Assembly: GCA_020184695.1 (NCBI GenBank) | Contig: JAANOX010000153.1 | Coordinates: 744,001 to 808,000, forward strand | DNA length: 64,000 nucleotides | Source: Histomonas meleagridis 2922-C6/04-290x | Taxonomy: Eukaryota > Protista > Parabasalia | Direction of reading: 5' to 3' | Part shown: positions 41,884 through 53,458 of the stretch, piece by piece | How the letters are laid out: every line of letters starts with the position of its first letter | Numbering within the stretch: position 1 is the stretch's first letter | Program-made: the position numbers and the translations under genes | Notes under the pieces: model-generated | The model's input: the letters and a program-made list of their open reading frames with translations, nothing else | Told to the model about the DNA's origin: nothing | Databases searched by the model: none

Positions 41884-44800
41884 ATGCAAAAAATCGAGGA
41901 GATCAATGCGCTAAAGGAATTTTTACAATCACAAAAAATTCCTGAAATTACAGTGTCAGCTTGTAATGGAAATATACTTGCATTTGCAGGTGCTTCACAA
42001 CCATTTCCATATTTCTATTACTTTGATGAAGGAAAAGTTAAAGTGCCTGATCAATCACAACAGCGTCGTTTATCATTTGAAACAGTAACATCTATTAATA
42101 TTTCAAAGGATTCCAAATATGTCATAACATGTCATTCAAATGGACAAGTTCTTGTTTGGGATACAAAACTTCACATCCATGTGGCTTCATTCCTTGTTAC
42201 TGAACAAATGATAAGCATTACATTATCAGTTTTTCAAGAAGATTCTGCATATTTATTTGTTGTTTTAAATAACTTCCAATTACACAGGCTTAAAATTACA
42301 TCACAAATGGGGTTCCTAACCATTACTTCTGATAGTAAGGTTGAATTTGATTCTCGAATATCAGATATTAAAGCCGCAGCTACAGATGATTTGTACACCC
42401 ATTTATTGGCACTCGCTTTTCAAGATCGTGTTCTTGTTTTAAAGTCGAGTAAAACAATTACACAAATCTCCTCATTTTCATTTGTAAATCCAATGATTGC
42501 TTTTACTGGCAATGGTATCAAATTCTATCTTGCTGTTGTATCAAACAATACTGATTTCCAAATCATACAAATTAGTGAAAGTGGAGTATCTAAACAAATA
42601 TTTCAATCCAAATTTACGCAAAAGATCAATTTCTTCACTTTCATTACCCCGGATTTCTTAGCTGTTTCTACTGATAATATTTCCATATATCATATTACTG
42701 GAAAAGTCGCTCAAGTAATTTCTATTGATTTTCCAGCTAATAAAATTTATCCAATTTCTGATGATTTAATAATTCCACCATATCATAAAATTACATTAAC
42801 TAATTGGATGACGCATTTAACTGAGCTTCTTTCATCACATCAATATCAAACAGCATTACAAGAGTCGATTGACTTGTTTACTAAAAAGTCACTTCATTTT
42901 TATTGTCCATGTACTCAAGAAGAAATCAAAGAATTTATTAAGAATTGTATTACCAAGATGGTAACTGAAGGAATTAATGATCCATCACAAGTTTCATTAA
43001 TTACATATGCGACAATTGCCACCAATTTAACCGAATATTTATTAAGATTTGTCACACAAAACTGTGATAAGATCACACAACAACTTCTAATTATAGGTTT
43101 ATTTGAGTCCAAATCCTTACAAACCGAATTGCCATCCAAAATCATACGAATTGCATCTAAATTTGATGATTTTGATCATGTAGCAATTGAAAACGTGTTA
43201 TTAAATGTCACATTTCCGCCATCATTTACAGAAGAACTTATTAAAATCTCAACCAAGCAACATTTTCATCGCTTATTGATCCAACATTTCCGAGTTATAT
43301 ATCGCGATATATCACCAGCGTTTGGATATATCATTAATATTGGAACCGATGAAGAAATCTCATTTATATGTCAATACATATTTTTATCGGGTATATTTAC
43401 GTTAGAAGAATATCTTAAATGTATCTTATTATTATTCTCAAGTAATTATCAATATCTTCATCGATGTTTTAAATCTGATTGGGAATTAGCACCACAATAT
43501 ATGAAACTCATCTTTGAGAATGGTCCATATATTGATAATAATGGGCAAATCATTGGGATTAAAGACATGATAACCATATCATTCTTATGTTTTAAGAATG
43601 CTATTAAAGGGAAAGCAGATTCATTATTTACATTCTTAGCAAAGATGTCATTAAATAATGACGTAAGTATACCAAAAGAATCGTATGACATTGTCATGTC
43701 ATTTATTTTTGAATCAACAACACCATTATCTATTCGTGAAAAGTTATTCTTACGTATAGTCGACATAGATTTTAAAGGAATATGTTTATTAAAAGATCAT
43801 ATCGAGTTATGTATAGCTGCAGGGTTCTCCAAAGTGGTGAAACTTTTACTTAAGGATACGGACGATTACGAATCAATTATCACGTCAATGCTCTTAAGTG
43901 ATGCGCCAAACGATGCGCTTACATTTTTGGAGGATGAAACCTTATCGAAGGAGAACGCGAAGCATGCGCTATGTACAAACTTCTTACCTTTGTTGTTCTT
44001 GGATCCGAAGAAGTTTGTAAACTTATTAATCACACGTTTTCCAGAATTACATCCAAACTTTATCCGATCAATGAATAACTCAAGTGTAACGCAATTATAT
44101 TATGAACAATTATTCGAATTTTACCCAAAATTTGCAACAAATGAAGACGCTTCATTTTATTTGGAATTCTTATCAACTTATTCAATCAAATTATTCGTTG
44201 ACTTCTTACGGAAAAAAAATACATGTTTAAATGATGAAGACTTATACGAATTTTGCGCAAAACGAAAATCATATATAGGGACTGCTGTGTTATGTACAAT
44301 GAATCATCAATGGGATTCGGCTTTTAAGTCATATTTGTTGCATCTACAAAATAATAATAATTACTTCGATAAGGAAATATCAACGGATTTGATTTCCAAT
44401 ATTTCATCGATTAATGAAAACTCATCAATTATTATTCGAAGTATATTTAGACCTATAATTATGGATGACCCGGAAAATAACGCGGAATTAATCGAAGAAT
44501 TTATTGATATTGTGAAGAAACAAATTGATATTTATCAAGTAATAGTTGCAATTTTACCATTATATGTTTCATGTCCAAATTCGAAAACGAAAGTGCTGCT
44601 AGAAAAGTTCATTAATACTTTCGCTTGTTGTCTGTTAATTGATGAAGTTAATGATGAAAAATTGTTCAGTAACATTAAGGTGATTTTGAAGATTTCTAAA
44701 AATAAGAAATTGTCAAGTGGAAAATTGTCAGTAATCGATGAGAAAGATGGAATAACTATGTTATCAACTATGGGTGAAAATGGTGATAAGATGGATGAGG

Positions 44801-44916
44801 AAATTGTTGAAAATGTAAAGGATGTCTTCCAAAGAGCAGAATCGGTATTTGTGTCTAATGGTAAAAGGATACCACAGGATGAAGACGCTTGTGTTGTGTT
44901 GTTGTTGAATCAATAG
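41884..44916 (+). CDS. Vps8-like (WD40 propeller + helical solenoid) protein
   Basis: N-terminal WD40 (VTSINISKDSKYVITCHSNGQVLVWD), then NWMTHLTELLSSHQYQTALQESIDLF resembling the Vps8 junction, then long helical repeats. Confidence 0.55.
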   Translation: MQKIEEINALKEFLQSQKIPEITVSACNGNILAFAGASQPFPYFYYFDEGKVKVPDQSQQRRLSFETVTSINISKDSKYVITCHSNGQVLVWDTKLHIHVASFLVTEQMISITLSVFQEDSAYLFVVLNNFQLHRLKITSQMGFLTITSDSKVEFDSRISDIKAAATDDLYTHLLALAFQDRVLVLKSSKTITQISSFSFVNPMIAFTGNGIKFYLAVVSNNTDFQIIQISESGVSKQIFQSKFTQKINFFTFITPDFLAVSTDNISIYHITGKVAQVISIDFPANKIYPISDDLIIPPYHKITLTNWMTHLTELLSSHQYQTALQESIDLFTKKSLHFYCPCTQEEIKEFIKNCITKMVTEGINDPSQVSLITYATIATNLTEYLLRFVTQNCDKITQQLLIIGLFESKSLQTELPSKIIRIASKFDDFDHVAIENVLLNVTFPPSFTEELIKISTKQHFHRLLIQHFRVIYRDISPAFGYIINIGTDEEISFICQYIFLSGIFTLEEYLKCILLLFSSNYQYLHRCFKSDWELAPQYMKLIFENGPYIDNNGQIIGIKDMITISFLCFKNAIKGKADSLFTFLAKMSLNNDVSIPKESYDIVMSFIFESTTPLSIREKLFLRIVDIDFKGICLLKDHIELCIAAGFSKVVKLLLKDTDDYESIITSMLLSDAPNDALTFLEDETLSKENAKHALCTNFLPLLFLDPKKFVNLLITRFPELHPNFIRSMNNSSVTQLYYEQLFEFYPKFATNEDASFYLEFLSTYSIKLFVDFLRKKNTCLNDEDLYEFCAKRKSYIGTAVLCTMNHQWDSAFKSYLLHLQNNNNYFDKEISTDLISNISSINENSSIIIRSIFRPIIMDDPENNAELIEEFIDIVKKQIDIYQVIVAILPLYVSCPNSKTKVLLEKFINTFACCLLIDEVNDEKLFSNIKVILKISKNKKLSSGKLSVIDEKDGITMLSTMGENGDKMDEEIVENVKDVFQRAESVFVSNGKRIPQDEDACVVLLLNQ

Positions 44917-45333
44917 TTAATTCATAAAATTTTTTTTTCGTTTTTGAATGTGTCAAAATGTCCGTGCGAATATTTTGACGTAACGGTGGCCCCAAAAAAC
45001 GTTGTGGAAACCCCGCGGAAACTGTTGAAAAAGTTCTTTCGTTTTGTGTCAAATGACACTTTTCGCTTTTTAAAATTAGAGCAAAGAATTCTTGGAAATG
45101 AGTGCAACATGTGAAAATGTAATTATTTTATAGAGTATTAAATATATTCATTTTAAATTAAATATATAATAATAATATATATAAGAGATTATATGTTTAG
45201 GATTATATATGAAAATATTCAATGAATAGATGGATTTACTCGATTCATGCAAAATGGCATCCGCTAAATTTAGCATTCAAAAATCAAAACAAACCGAAAA
45301 AAAATTTACAATTGACAATCAAACTAATTTATA

Positions 45334-45912
45334 ATGGCCGAACATAAGATCAGCAAGAATTCGATTGATCAGCAAAAACCATCACTCGTGTTTGATCTAG
45401 ATGAAACGCTCGTACACTTAACAAATAGAAAACTTCCAAATTCAATTTCAATTAAAGTTAATGAACAAATTAAAAATATTTTAGTAAGAAAAGGAGCTAG
45501 TTTACTGCTTTCAGAGCTATGCCATTTATACGAATTATTTATATTTACAGCTTCAAAAAAAGAATATGCAGACCCAATCATCGAAAAAATAGCACCTTTT
45601 ATCCCAATGGAAAATCGTTTTTACCAAAGCTCAATCAGATTTTGCGCAAAGCATCCTTTAAAAGATTTAAAACTTATCAACAGAAACATATCAAGAACCA
45701 TTTTGGTAGACGATTGTTCACAAAACGCAGCATTACAGCCTAGGAATGTTCTCGTTATCAAAAAATTCAATGGGGATGATTCAGATTCAGTTCTCACAGA
45801 TGATTTACTCCCACTTCTCATATCAATTGCAAACGATGAAAATCTTCCAAAGAGTATTAGAGCGCATGCTCTTGTACGTCCCATCAAAAACCTCTGGTTT
45901 TACTCAAAGTAA
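45334..45912 (+). CDS. NIF/FCP1-SCP family HAD phosphatase
   Basis: LVFDLDETLVH, LFIFTASKKEYADPII, KDLKLINRNISRTILVDD. Confidence 0.93.
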   Translation: MAEHKISKNSIDQQKPSLVFDLDETLVHLTNRKLPNSISIKVNEQIKNILVRKGASLLLSELCHLYELFIFTASKKEYADPIIEKIAPFIPMENRFYQSSIRFCAKHPLKDLKLINRNISRTILVDDCSQNAALQPRNVLVIKKFNGDDSDSVLTDDLLPLLISIANDENLPKSIRAHALVRPIKNLWFYSK

Positions 45913-46735
45913 GCATGTTGTTTGTAATAAATGTTTTTTTAATCAAATTTCCTCGTTGACGATAAATTATTTCTGTGCGCAAATGGCCATTCAATGCACA
46001 AATCGTTATGCAACTTTTTGTATACTGTTGGGCCATAAGTAACTCAAAAAGTCACCGCTTGTGAGTCTACCATTTCAAGCCTGTCAAAAGCCTGTGTTTA
46101 TGTGAATATATGAATACTTTACATATATGTAAAGTTGACAAAAATTGGTAGTTTTACGTGGTTGTAAAATTAATGCCAACGGTTATATTGAATACATTAT
46201 TTTACAACATATTTGAATGGGTTTTGAAATAAATTTCACTAAGTTTGTTGCCATTTCATAATGAGAGTATTTTTGTGGTCTCCTACCGATTCCACCATTA
46301 GCATAAAATTATCGTTGAAAAAATATTGCATAATTCGAAATTTGAGTACTTTATAATATTTAACCGCGAAAGTCTTCTCCAATGATTGGAGAATTATCGT
46401 TTAAATTGTGTGAAAATTTATCAAATCTTACTATTGTTGCAATAATTATTTGTTGAAGTTTTTCTTATAATACACTTTATAATATTATTGTTTTTATGTA
46501 TTTATATTTTGCTTTGCGAATATATTTATTATAATGTATATTGTGATTTTGTTGATTTTCATATGTTTGATTGTTTACATCAACACTTTTGGTAATTTTC
46601 TTTTTTTAGTGTTTACTGAGAAAATTTAATCTTCGAGTTGATTTTGATTATTAGCAATATACGCTTCATTTCCATTTCTTATTGAAAATGAAGATTTGAT
46701 GCTTACAGAAGAAGATTTTGTTTGAAAATTTTCGT

Positions 46736-48733
46736 TTATACTTTTTTCACAAGTAAATTTACTATTTCTGTGTAACCTTTTTCTTGTGCAATTTGAATTG
46801 AAGTAAAATATTATTAAAACATATTCCAAATTATTAAAACATATTACAAATTATTAAAACATATCCAAAATTATTCAAATGAATAGATTTTGCATTAACA
46901 TCAATTCCTTTATCTAAAAGTAATTTTACTATTTCTATATTATTATTTTTAACTGATATATGAGGTGCTGTTTCAAATTATTAATACATATTTTAAATTA
47001 TTAAAACATATTCCAAATTATTAAAACATATTATAAATTATTCAAATGAATATTTTTTGCATTAACATCAATTCCTTTATCTAAAAGTAATTTTACTATT
47101 TCTATATTATTATTTCTAACTGCTGTATGAAGTGCTGTTTCAAATTATTAATACATATTATAAATTATTAAAACATATTCCAAATTATTAAAACATATTA
47201 TAAATTATTCAAATGAATATTTTTTGCATTAACATCAATTCCTTTATCTAAAAGTAATTTTACTATTTCTATATTATTATTTTTAACTGATATATGAAGT
47301 GCTGTTTCAAATTATTAAAACATATTATAAATTATTAAAACATATTTCAAATTATTAAAACATATTTCAAATTATTAAAACATATTCCAAATTATTAAAA
47401 CATATTTCAAATTATTAAAACATATTTCAAATTATTAAAACATATTACAAATTATTAAAACATATTATAAATTATTAAAATGAATTCTTTTTGCATTAAC
47501 ATCAATTTCTTTTTGTTCAAAAATATATTTCACAAGTTCGATATTATCAGTTTCTGAAGAAAATAATAAAATATTTTTTGGAATTTGATTATTTTGAAGG
47601 AAATATTTAACAAGATATAAATTTCCATTTCTTGCTGATTCATTTATATTATCAGCATTAACATTAATTCCTTTTTCTTCAAAATATTTTAGAATTTCAT
47701 AATTATCTTTTTTAATACAAATACTTACCAAATAATTAGTTCTATCTCCAGGCGTTTGAAGCATTGACTTTGGTCGTATTTCTTCTAATTTGTTTTCATA
47801 AATATATTTAAAGACATCATTTCGATGAAATTCTATTGAAGCTTCATATGCACCTTCAAATGTTGAATGATTTTGTTCACACAAATGAATAATTTCTTCA
47901 TTTCCACCTGCAACTGCATATTTACCTGTGTTATTTACATTCACATTATTCATAAGTAAATATTTAAAACATTTAACAGATCCAAAAAATGCTGCATAAT
48001 CAATTAATGTAACATTCTTTTGATTAATAAATGAACATCTTTCATAAAGTGATGGCATAATAAATTGATTAAAATCAAAATTTGTTTGTGATGATATTTC
48101 TTGAAGTTTTTCAATTTCATCATTTCGAATTATTTTTGATATTTCATTTGGATTATGTCCTTCTTCAATTAGTTTCTTATGAAGCTCCCAATCATTCTTT
48201 GATAGTTCTTCATAATGATCAAAAAAGTATTTTAGTATTGGATCATTTATATCAGAATCAAATGATATGTAGATTTGGTTTTCTTCTTCTGTTTTATAAT
48301 GAGAAAAATATTTTGTTTTAGTGATATTTTTTTATCAATTAAATTTTTGTTCAATTAGTTTCTCAAGTAAATAACATTATTCTTGTATGTTAATTTCAGT
48401 TATACGTTTTATAAAACTTGAAATTAGTTTATATACAATTTGATTAGTTTCTTGTTCTTTCGTTTGAAGTTTTTTTAAAAAATTTAAGTAAATATCAAAT
48501 TCATGTTTTAGTGATGAAAATGCATTATAAACCATGTTACTTATAACAACATTAAATGTATGGGGATAATTTGAATCGAATAATTCCAATACTTTTTTAA
48601 TGGATGGCTGCATATTTTCTTCGGTTAAACTGAATATAGTTTTCTCAAGCTCAATTAAGAATTTCAAGCTGGTTGATAAATCATTCAAATTTTTATCTCC
48701 TGTATTTATGGTGGTAGTATCATCATTCGGCAT
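46736..48733 (-). pseudogene. DUF3447 + ankyrin gene, locus B' (3 interrupted repeats plus capping repeat)
   Basis: Premature TAA at 48377 (TCA in copy B) and small indels at 48315-48350. Ankyrin cores and the terminal exon 46736-46807 (FTSIQIAQEKGYTEIVNLLVKKV*, TAAA) are intact. Confidence 0.8.
46808..47485 (-). other. Four clusters of 17-nt elements with single codons (locus B')
   Basis: Spacers 171, 71, 71, 71 nt (11+20n). Confidence 0.8.
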
Positions 48734-49260
48734 GTGGTTTGTCAAAATCCATTCAAAATCAAGTACGATAAAGCGCAAAACGTTTATGCAAAAGTCCAGT
48801 TACGAACGATGTAAATCACTCAAAGAACAATGTTTTTTAATTTCGAAATTACTTCTTTCTTCTCCTAAATCTATAGATATGTGGAAGACAAAATATAGTA
48901 TAAAAAAAATCATATTTCGGTGAATAGGGTCAAATAAAAAATAATCTGATTAAATCTGAATACAGTATGATTTGACCAGGTCTGTTATTATTTTGATTAT
49001 TTTAAGTATTTTTTTTCTTAACTTTTTATAAAAAGATATGTATATATACTTATATTCAATAAAAACAAACAATGAATCAGTAAACGAACCTTTCATAAAA
49101 TGTGTTTTAACGGTCTAGTACAAATTTTTTGACAACAAGTTTTTCATCAAAAATTCGGATTTTTTAGAAATAATTATTTAGCCAATGACATCCGACCAGT
49201 TGGTTTTGGCGGTAAAATTAACGTCTAATACAAAATTCTCACCCTTTGTTTGGAATCCAA

Positions 49261-52200
49261 ATGGAAAAATCAGTCGCAGAACAACTTCAAGCAGTAAAGG
49301 AAAAACTTCAGACTTTCCGTGAGATTTTGAATTCTCCACCTCAATCAAAGCATTTCAAGGAAAAACATCCAGAAAATAGTAAAAAAGATTCAAGAAAAGA
49401 AAAACATCATATGCGCCACCAACCAAAACATCATAGTCATAATAAGCAACCATCTCATCATCGGAGGAAGAACATTAGAACTCAAAAAGAACCAAAAAGG
49501 CCAAGAATTTCACTTTATCCACAAATCATACCATCGAAATCATATGAAGATACTTCAAGCTCAAGTGTAAGTGACTATTCATCCGATGAAGTCCATAATG
49601 ACAGGTATACACCAAGACAATCATATAGACCAGAAAAATCAAAATATCAACAAAATCCCAGATCTCAGAAAAACAAGAGGTATCGCCAATATCCAAGTGA
49701 CTCAGATGAATATTTTGTCAAAAATCATTCTCCTAGATCAAAAAATTCACCTTATTGGTCTAAAAGAAATTATTCTGACTCAAACGAAAGTTTGAGTTCA
49801 AGCCAAGAGTTTCAACGAAAACACCATCACAAAGGCAACAAATATCGCAATGATAAAAAACCATCAGCTCTATCACATATCCTTAATCAATTTAACATTA
49901 GTACCTCTTCAACATCTTCCTCAGATTCGAGTGCATACACGAAGTCACAAAAGAAACGTAAGTATTCTCTTAGTGAATATTCCACCGAAACAGAAAGTTC
50001 AGTAACTGATTTTTCAATAAGTTCATCAATTTCCGATACATCGTCATCATCAATTGAAATTAAGCGCAAGAAGCGCAAAAACATCATTGAAACAGACTCA
50101 TCTATTAGTATTTCAACATCATCAGAAGTTTCATTTCATAACAAAAAACATAAAAAAACGAAACATAAAATATCATCATCATCATCATTTAGTATTTCAT
50201 CATCATTAAGTGATAGTTCTGATATAACAGATAGTTCTGATATATCAATTTCATTATCATCAGATGAGTCATTAAAGAAAGTAATAAGTAATAAAAAGAA
50301 GAAATCATATGATATATCATTAAGTGATTCAACAGATTTATCCGATTTAAAGAAGAAGAAAAAACATAAAAAGAAAATCGAATCTTTATCATCAGATTTT
50401 GACATTTCTACTTCATTTTCTGATGAAATTCCTACTAAAAAGAATAAATCTCATGAGATAAATAAAAAGAATAAAGAACAAATTCCGAAAAAATCAAAAT
50501 CAGCTGAATATGAAGCATTACTCGAAAGTTCAAAGAAATTTATTCGCTCGATGTCGAAAGAATCATCAAATGATTCATTGTCAAGTGAAATTAAAAGCAT
50601 TCAAGAACATAAGAAATATGCAAAGAAGAAGAAACAAGAAGAACAAGAAAACAAGAACAAAAAACAAAAAATTTCACCTGCTAAAGAAAATAAAAGAATT
50701 TCACCAAGTAAAAAATTAGATGTGGAATCAAACAAACTTAATATTCCATCTGATAATGAAAAGAAAATATTAAAGCAACAAAAGAATAAGAAGAAAAATG
50801 TTGATGATGATAACAGAAGTAATTCATCAGATTCTATTTCGAAGTTATTGAAGAATATTAAAAATATGAAAATTTCTTCCGACTTAGAATCAGAAAAAGA
50901 ATTAGAAATACAAAAAGAAGAAATAAACATTTCATCCGATTCATCCGATCCAGACTTCATAAAGAAACTTAAGAAGCAAAGTTTCAATTTATCTTCTTCA
51001 GACAAAGAACCAAAGAAAGAAATTGAAAAACAAGAAATAAACATTTCCTCAGATTCATCCGATCCAGACTTTATAAAGAAACTTAAGAAGCAAAGTTTCA
51101 ATTTATCTTCTTCAGACAAAGAACCAAAGAAACAAGAAATAAATGTTTCTTCCGATTCATCAGAACCAGAATTTATAAGCAAATTAAAAGATAACAAATT
51201 TAACATTTCTTCATCTGATAAAGAAGAAATTAAAAAAGAAGAAATAAACATTTCATCCAATTCATCTGATCCAGACTTTATAAAGAAACTCAAGAAGCAA
51301 AGCTTTAATTTATCATCATCAGATAAAGAAGAAATACAAAAAGATGAAATAAAAATTTCATCAGATTCATCAGAACCAGACATTTTAAATAAACTAAAAG
51401 AAAATCAAAAAGATACATCATCATCATCATCAAAGAAAGAACCAAAGAAAGAAAATATAGAAATGTCAACTGATTCATCAGAATTCCTCAAGAAATTGAA
51501 AGAAAATAAATTCGACATTTCATCATCAGATAAAGAGGAAATAAAGAAAGAAGAAATCAATCTTTCTTCTGATTCTTCAGAGCCCGATTTCTTAAAGAAG
51601 TTAAAAGAAAACAAAAAAGATATAACTTCATCAGATAAAGAAGTGAAAAAAGAAAAAACAAATATTTCATCTGAATCTTCAGACTCAGAACTATTAAATG
51701 AGCTTAAGAAAAACATTAAACTTTCTTCATCATCAGATAAAAAAGAAACAAAAGTTTCAACTGACTCATCAGAGCCCGACTTTTTAAAGAAGTTAAAAGA
51801 AAACCAAAAAGATATATCATCATCAGATAAAGAAGAAGCAAAGAAAGAAAATATAGAAATGTCATCTGATTCATCAGAATTCCTTCGAAAATTGAAAGAA
51901 AACAAATTCGACATATCCTCATCAGACAAAGAAGAACCAAAAGTTTCATTGGATAAGAAAGAAATAAAGAAAGACGAAATTAATCTTTCATCAGATGACT
52001 TCTTAAAGAAATTAAAAGAAAATAAAGTTAACATTTCATCATCAGATAAAGAAGAACCAAAAGTTTCAACGGACAAAAAGGAAATAAAGAAAGACGAAAT
52101 TAATGTATTATCAAATTCATCTGATAACTTCTCAAAGAAACTCAAAAAACAAAGTTCTAATTCATCACCAAACAAAAAAGAAGAAGCAAAAGTTTCATCT

Positions 52201-53337
52201 GATTCATCCAACTCAGGAGTCCTAAATGAACTTAAGGAAAACATCAAACTTTCTTCATCAGATGACAACAAAGAAACAAAACTTTCATCAGATTCATCGG
52301 AATTCCTCAAAAAACTAAAGGAAAACAAATTTGATATCTCGTCATCGGACAAAGAAGAAGCAAAAGTTACATCTGATTCATCAGAGCCCGACTTCTTAAA
52401 GAAGTTAAAAGAAAATAAAGTTAACATTTCATCATCAGATAAAGAAGCGAAAAAAGATAAAACAAATATTTCATCTGAATCTTCAGACTCAGAACTATTA
52501 AATGAGCTTAAGAAAAACATTAAACTTTCTTCATCATCAGATAAAAAAGAAACAAAAGTTTCAACTGACTCATCAGAGCCCGACTTTTTAAAGAAGTTAA
52601 AAGAAAACCAAAAAGATATATCATCATCAGATAAAGAAGAAGCGAAAGTTTCATCTGATTCATCAGCGCCAGAATTTCCGAAATTAGGAAACGAAAACAA
52701 AGTTATCATTCCAAAGAAAGAAAGCATTAATGTAACTTCTGATTCCTCTGACGCTGATCTCTTAAATCAGTTGAAGGAAAACATTAAAACTTCATCGGAT
52801 TCATCTGATCCAGACTTCATCAAGAACTTAAAAGACAAAATTAAAATTTCTTCATCTGAACATAGCTCTGATTTAGCAGAAAAAGGCGAAAATCCAAAGC
52901 GCATTAAAGTAAAAGAAAATGTTCTTGATAGTGATGAAGATGATAAAACATTAAATGAATATTTTAACTTTAAACAAGAATCAGATAGTTCGAATAATGA
53001 CTCATCTAAAGGTGATGAAGGATTTGAAATTATCGGTGATGTAACACCAGAAGAACGAATTATTACATTTTCTACAAGTGATGGAAATGAATTAATTGGT
53101 TCGATGAAGGAACAACTTAAAAAGGATAAAGATAATTCATCTGATGATATTAATTTGTCACCAGAAAAGAAGGATAAAGAAGAAGAAGATAATATGCCAT
53201 CAAAGGAGAGCGTTAAAGATGATGATGCTGTTGCATTAAGTTCGGATTCGGATTCATCTGATTTTAATATCGATGATTTAAAGAAAATGTTAAGCGATTT
53301 GTCTGATTCTGATTATAACAGTGAAGAAAATAATTGA
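49261..53337 (+). CDS. Large low-complexity Ser/Lys/Glu/Asp-rich repeat protein
   Basis: Open for >1350 codons. About 25 imperfect units of ISSDSSEPDFLKKLKEN..ISSSDKE; an internal block near 51660-51835 is repeated near 52460-52640. First ATG is at 49261. Confidence 0.8.
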   Translation: MEKSVAEQLQAVKEKLQTFREILNSPPQSKHFKEKHPENSKKDSRKEKHHMRHQPKHHSHNKQPSHHRRKNIRTQKEPKRPRISLYPQIIPSKSYEDTSSSSVSDYSSDEVHNDRYTPRQSYRPEKSKYQQNPRSQKNKRYRQYPSDSDEYFVKNHSPRSKNSPYWSKRNYSDSNESLSSSQEFQRKHHHKGNKYRNDKKPSALSHILNQFNISTSSTSSSDSSAYTKSQKKRKYSLSEYSTETESSVTDFSISSSISDTSSSSIEIKRKKRKNIIETDSSISISTSSEVSFHNKKHKKTKHKISSSSSFSISSSLSDSSDITDSSDISISLSSDESLKKVISNKKKKSYDISLSDSTDLSDLKKKKKHKKKIESLSSDFDISTSFSDEIPTKKNKSHEINKKNKEQIPKKSKSAEYEALLESSKKFIRSMSKESSNDSLSSEIKSIQEHKKYAKKKKQEEQENKNKKQKISPAKENKRISPSKKLDVESNKLNIPSDNEKKILKQQKNKKKNVDDDNRSNSSDSISKLLKNIKNMKISSDLESEKELEIQKEEINISSDSSDPDFIKKLKKQSFNLSSSDKEPKKEIEKQEINISSDSSDPDFIKKLKKQSFNLSSSDKEPKKQEINVSSDSSEPEFISKLKDNKFNISSSDKEEIKKEEINISSNSSDPDFIKKLKKQSFNLSSSDKEEIQKDEIKISSDSSEPDILNKLKENQKDTSSSSSKKEPKKENIEMSTDSSEFLKKLKENKFDISSSDKEEIKKEEINLSSDSSEPDFLKKLKENKKDITSSDKEVKKEKTNISSESSDSELLNELKKNIKLSSSSDKKETKVSTDSSEPDFLKKLKENQKDISSSDKEEAKKENIEMSSDSSEFLRKLKENKFDISSSDKEEPKVSLDKKEIKKDEINLSSDDFLKKLKENKVNISSSDKEEPKVSTDKKEIKKDEINVLSNSSDNFSKKLKKQSSNSSPNKKEEAKVSSDSSNSGVLNELKENIKLSSSDDNKETKLSSDSSEFLKKLKENKFDISSSDKEEAKVTSDSSEPDFLKKLKENKVNISSSDKEAKKDKTNISSESSDSELLNELKKNIKLSSSSDKKETKVSTDSSEPDFLKKLKENQKDISSSDKEEAKVSSDSSAPEFPKLGNENKVIIPKKESINVTSDSSDADLLNQLKENIKTSSDSSDPDFIKNLKDKIKISSSEHSSDLAEKGENPKRIKVKENVLDSDEDDKTLNEYFNFKQESDSSNNDSSKGDEGFEIIGDVTPEERIITFSTSDGNELIGSMKEQLKKDKDNSSDDINLSPEKKDKEEEDNMPSKESVKDDDAVALSSDSDSSDFNIDDLKKMLSDLSDSDYNSEENN

Positions 53338-53458
53338 AGTAACTTGAAATAAAACAGAAAAAAAAAATAATTTTTTTTTGTAAACTGTTGGTGACCGTTT
53401 GAGTTCGTTTGAATAAACTTCTCAATTTGTTGAAACCGTTTTAATCGTTCCCAAAAAA

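Larger units (their letters stand above)
46440..48746 (-). repeat. Inverted duplicate of 27119-30752
   Basis: Near-identical coding core and ~290-bp 3' flank. Differs in array lengths, cassette number and several indels. Confidence 0.92.

Noticed and set aside
46117-46136. Perfect 20-bp palindrome ACTTTACATATATGTAAAGT
   Set aside because: Isolated, AT-rich and includes a TA microsatellite core; no associated structure.
46626-46829. 67-aa ORF overlapping the terminal ankyrin exon in another frame
   Set aside because: No proper start. It may reflect an ancestral longer tail, but both copies stop at VKKV-TAAA in the ankyrin frame.
50136-52727. Long minus-strand ORFs (440 aa, 260 aa and others)
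   Set aside because: Antisense shadows of the Ser/Lys-rich repeat gene; Phe/Ser/Leu composition mirrors the sense codons.
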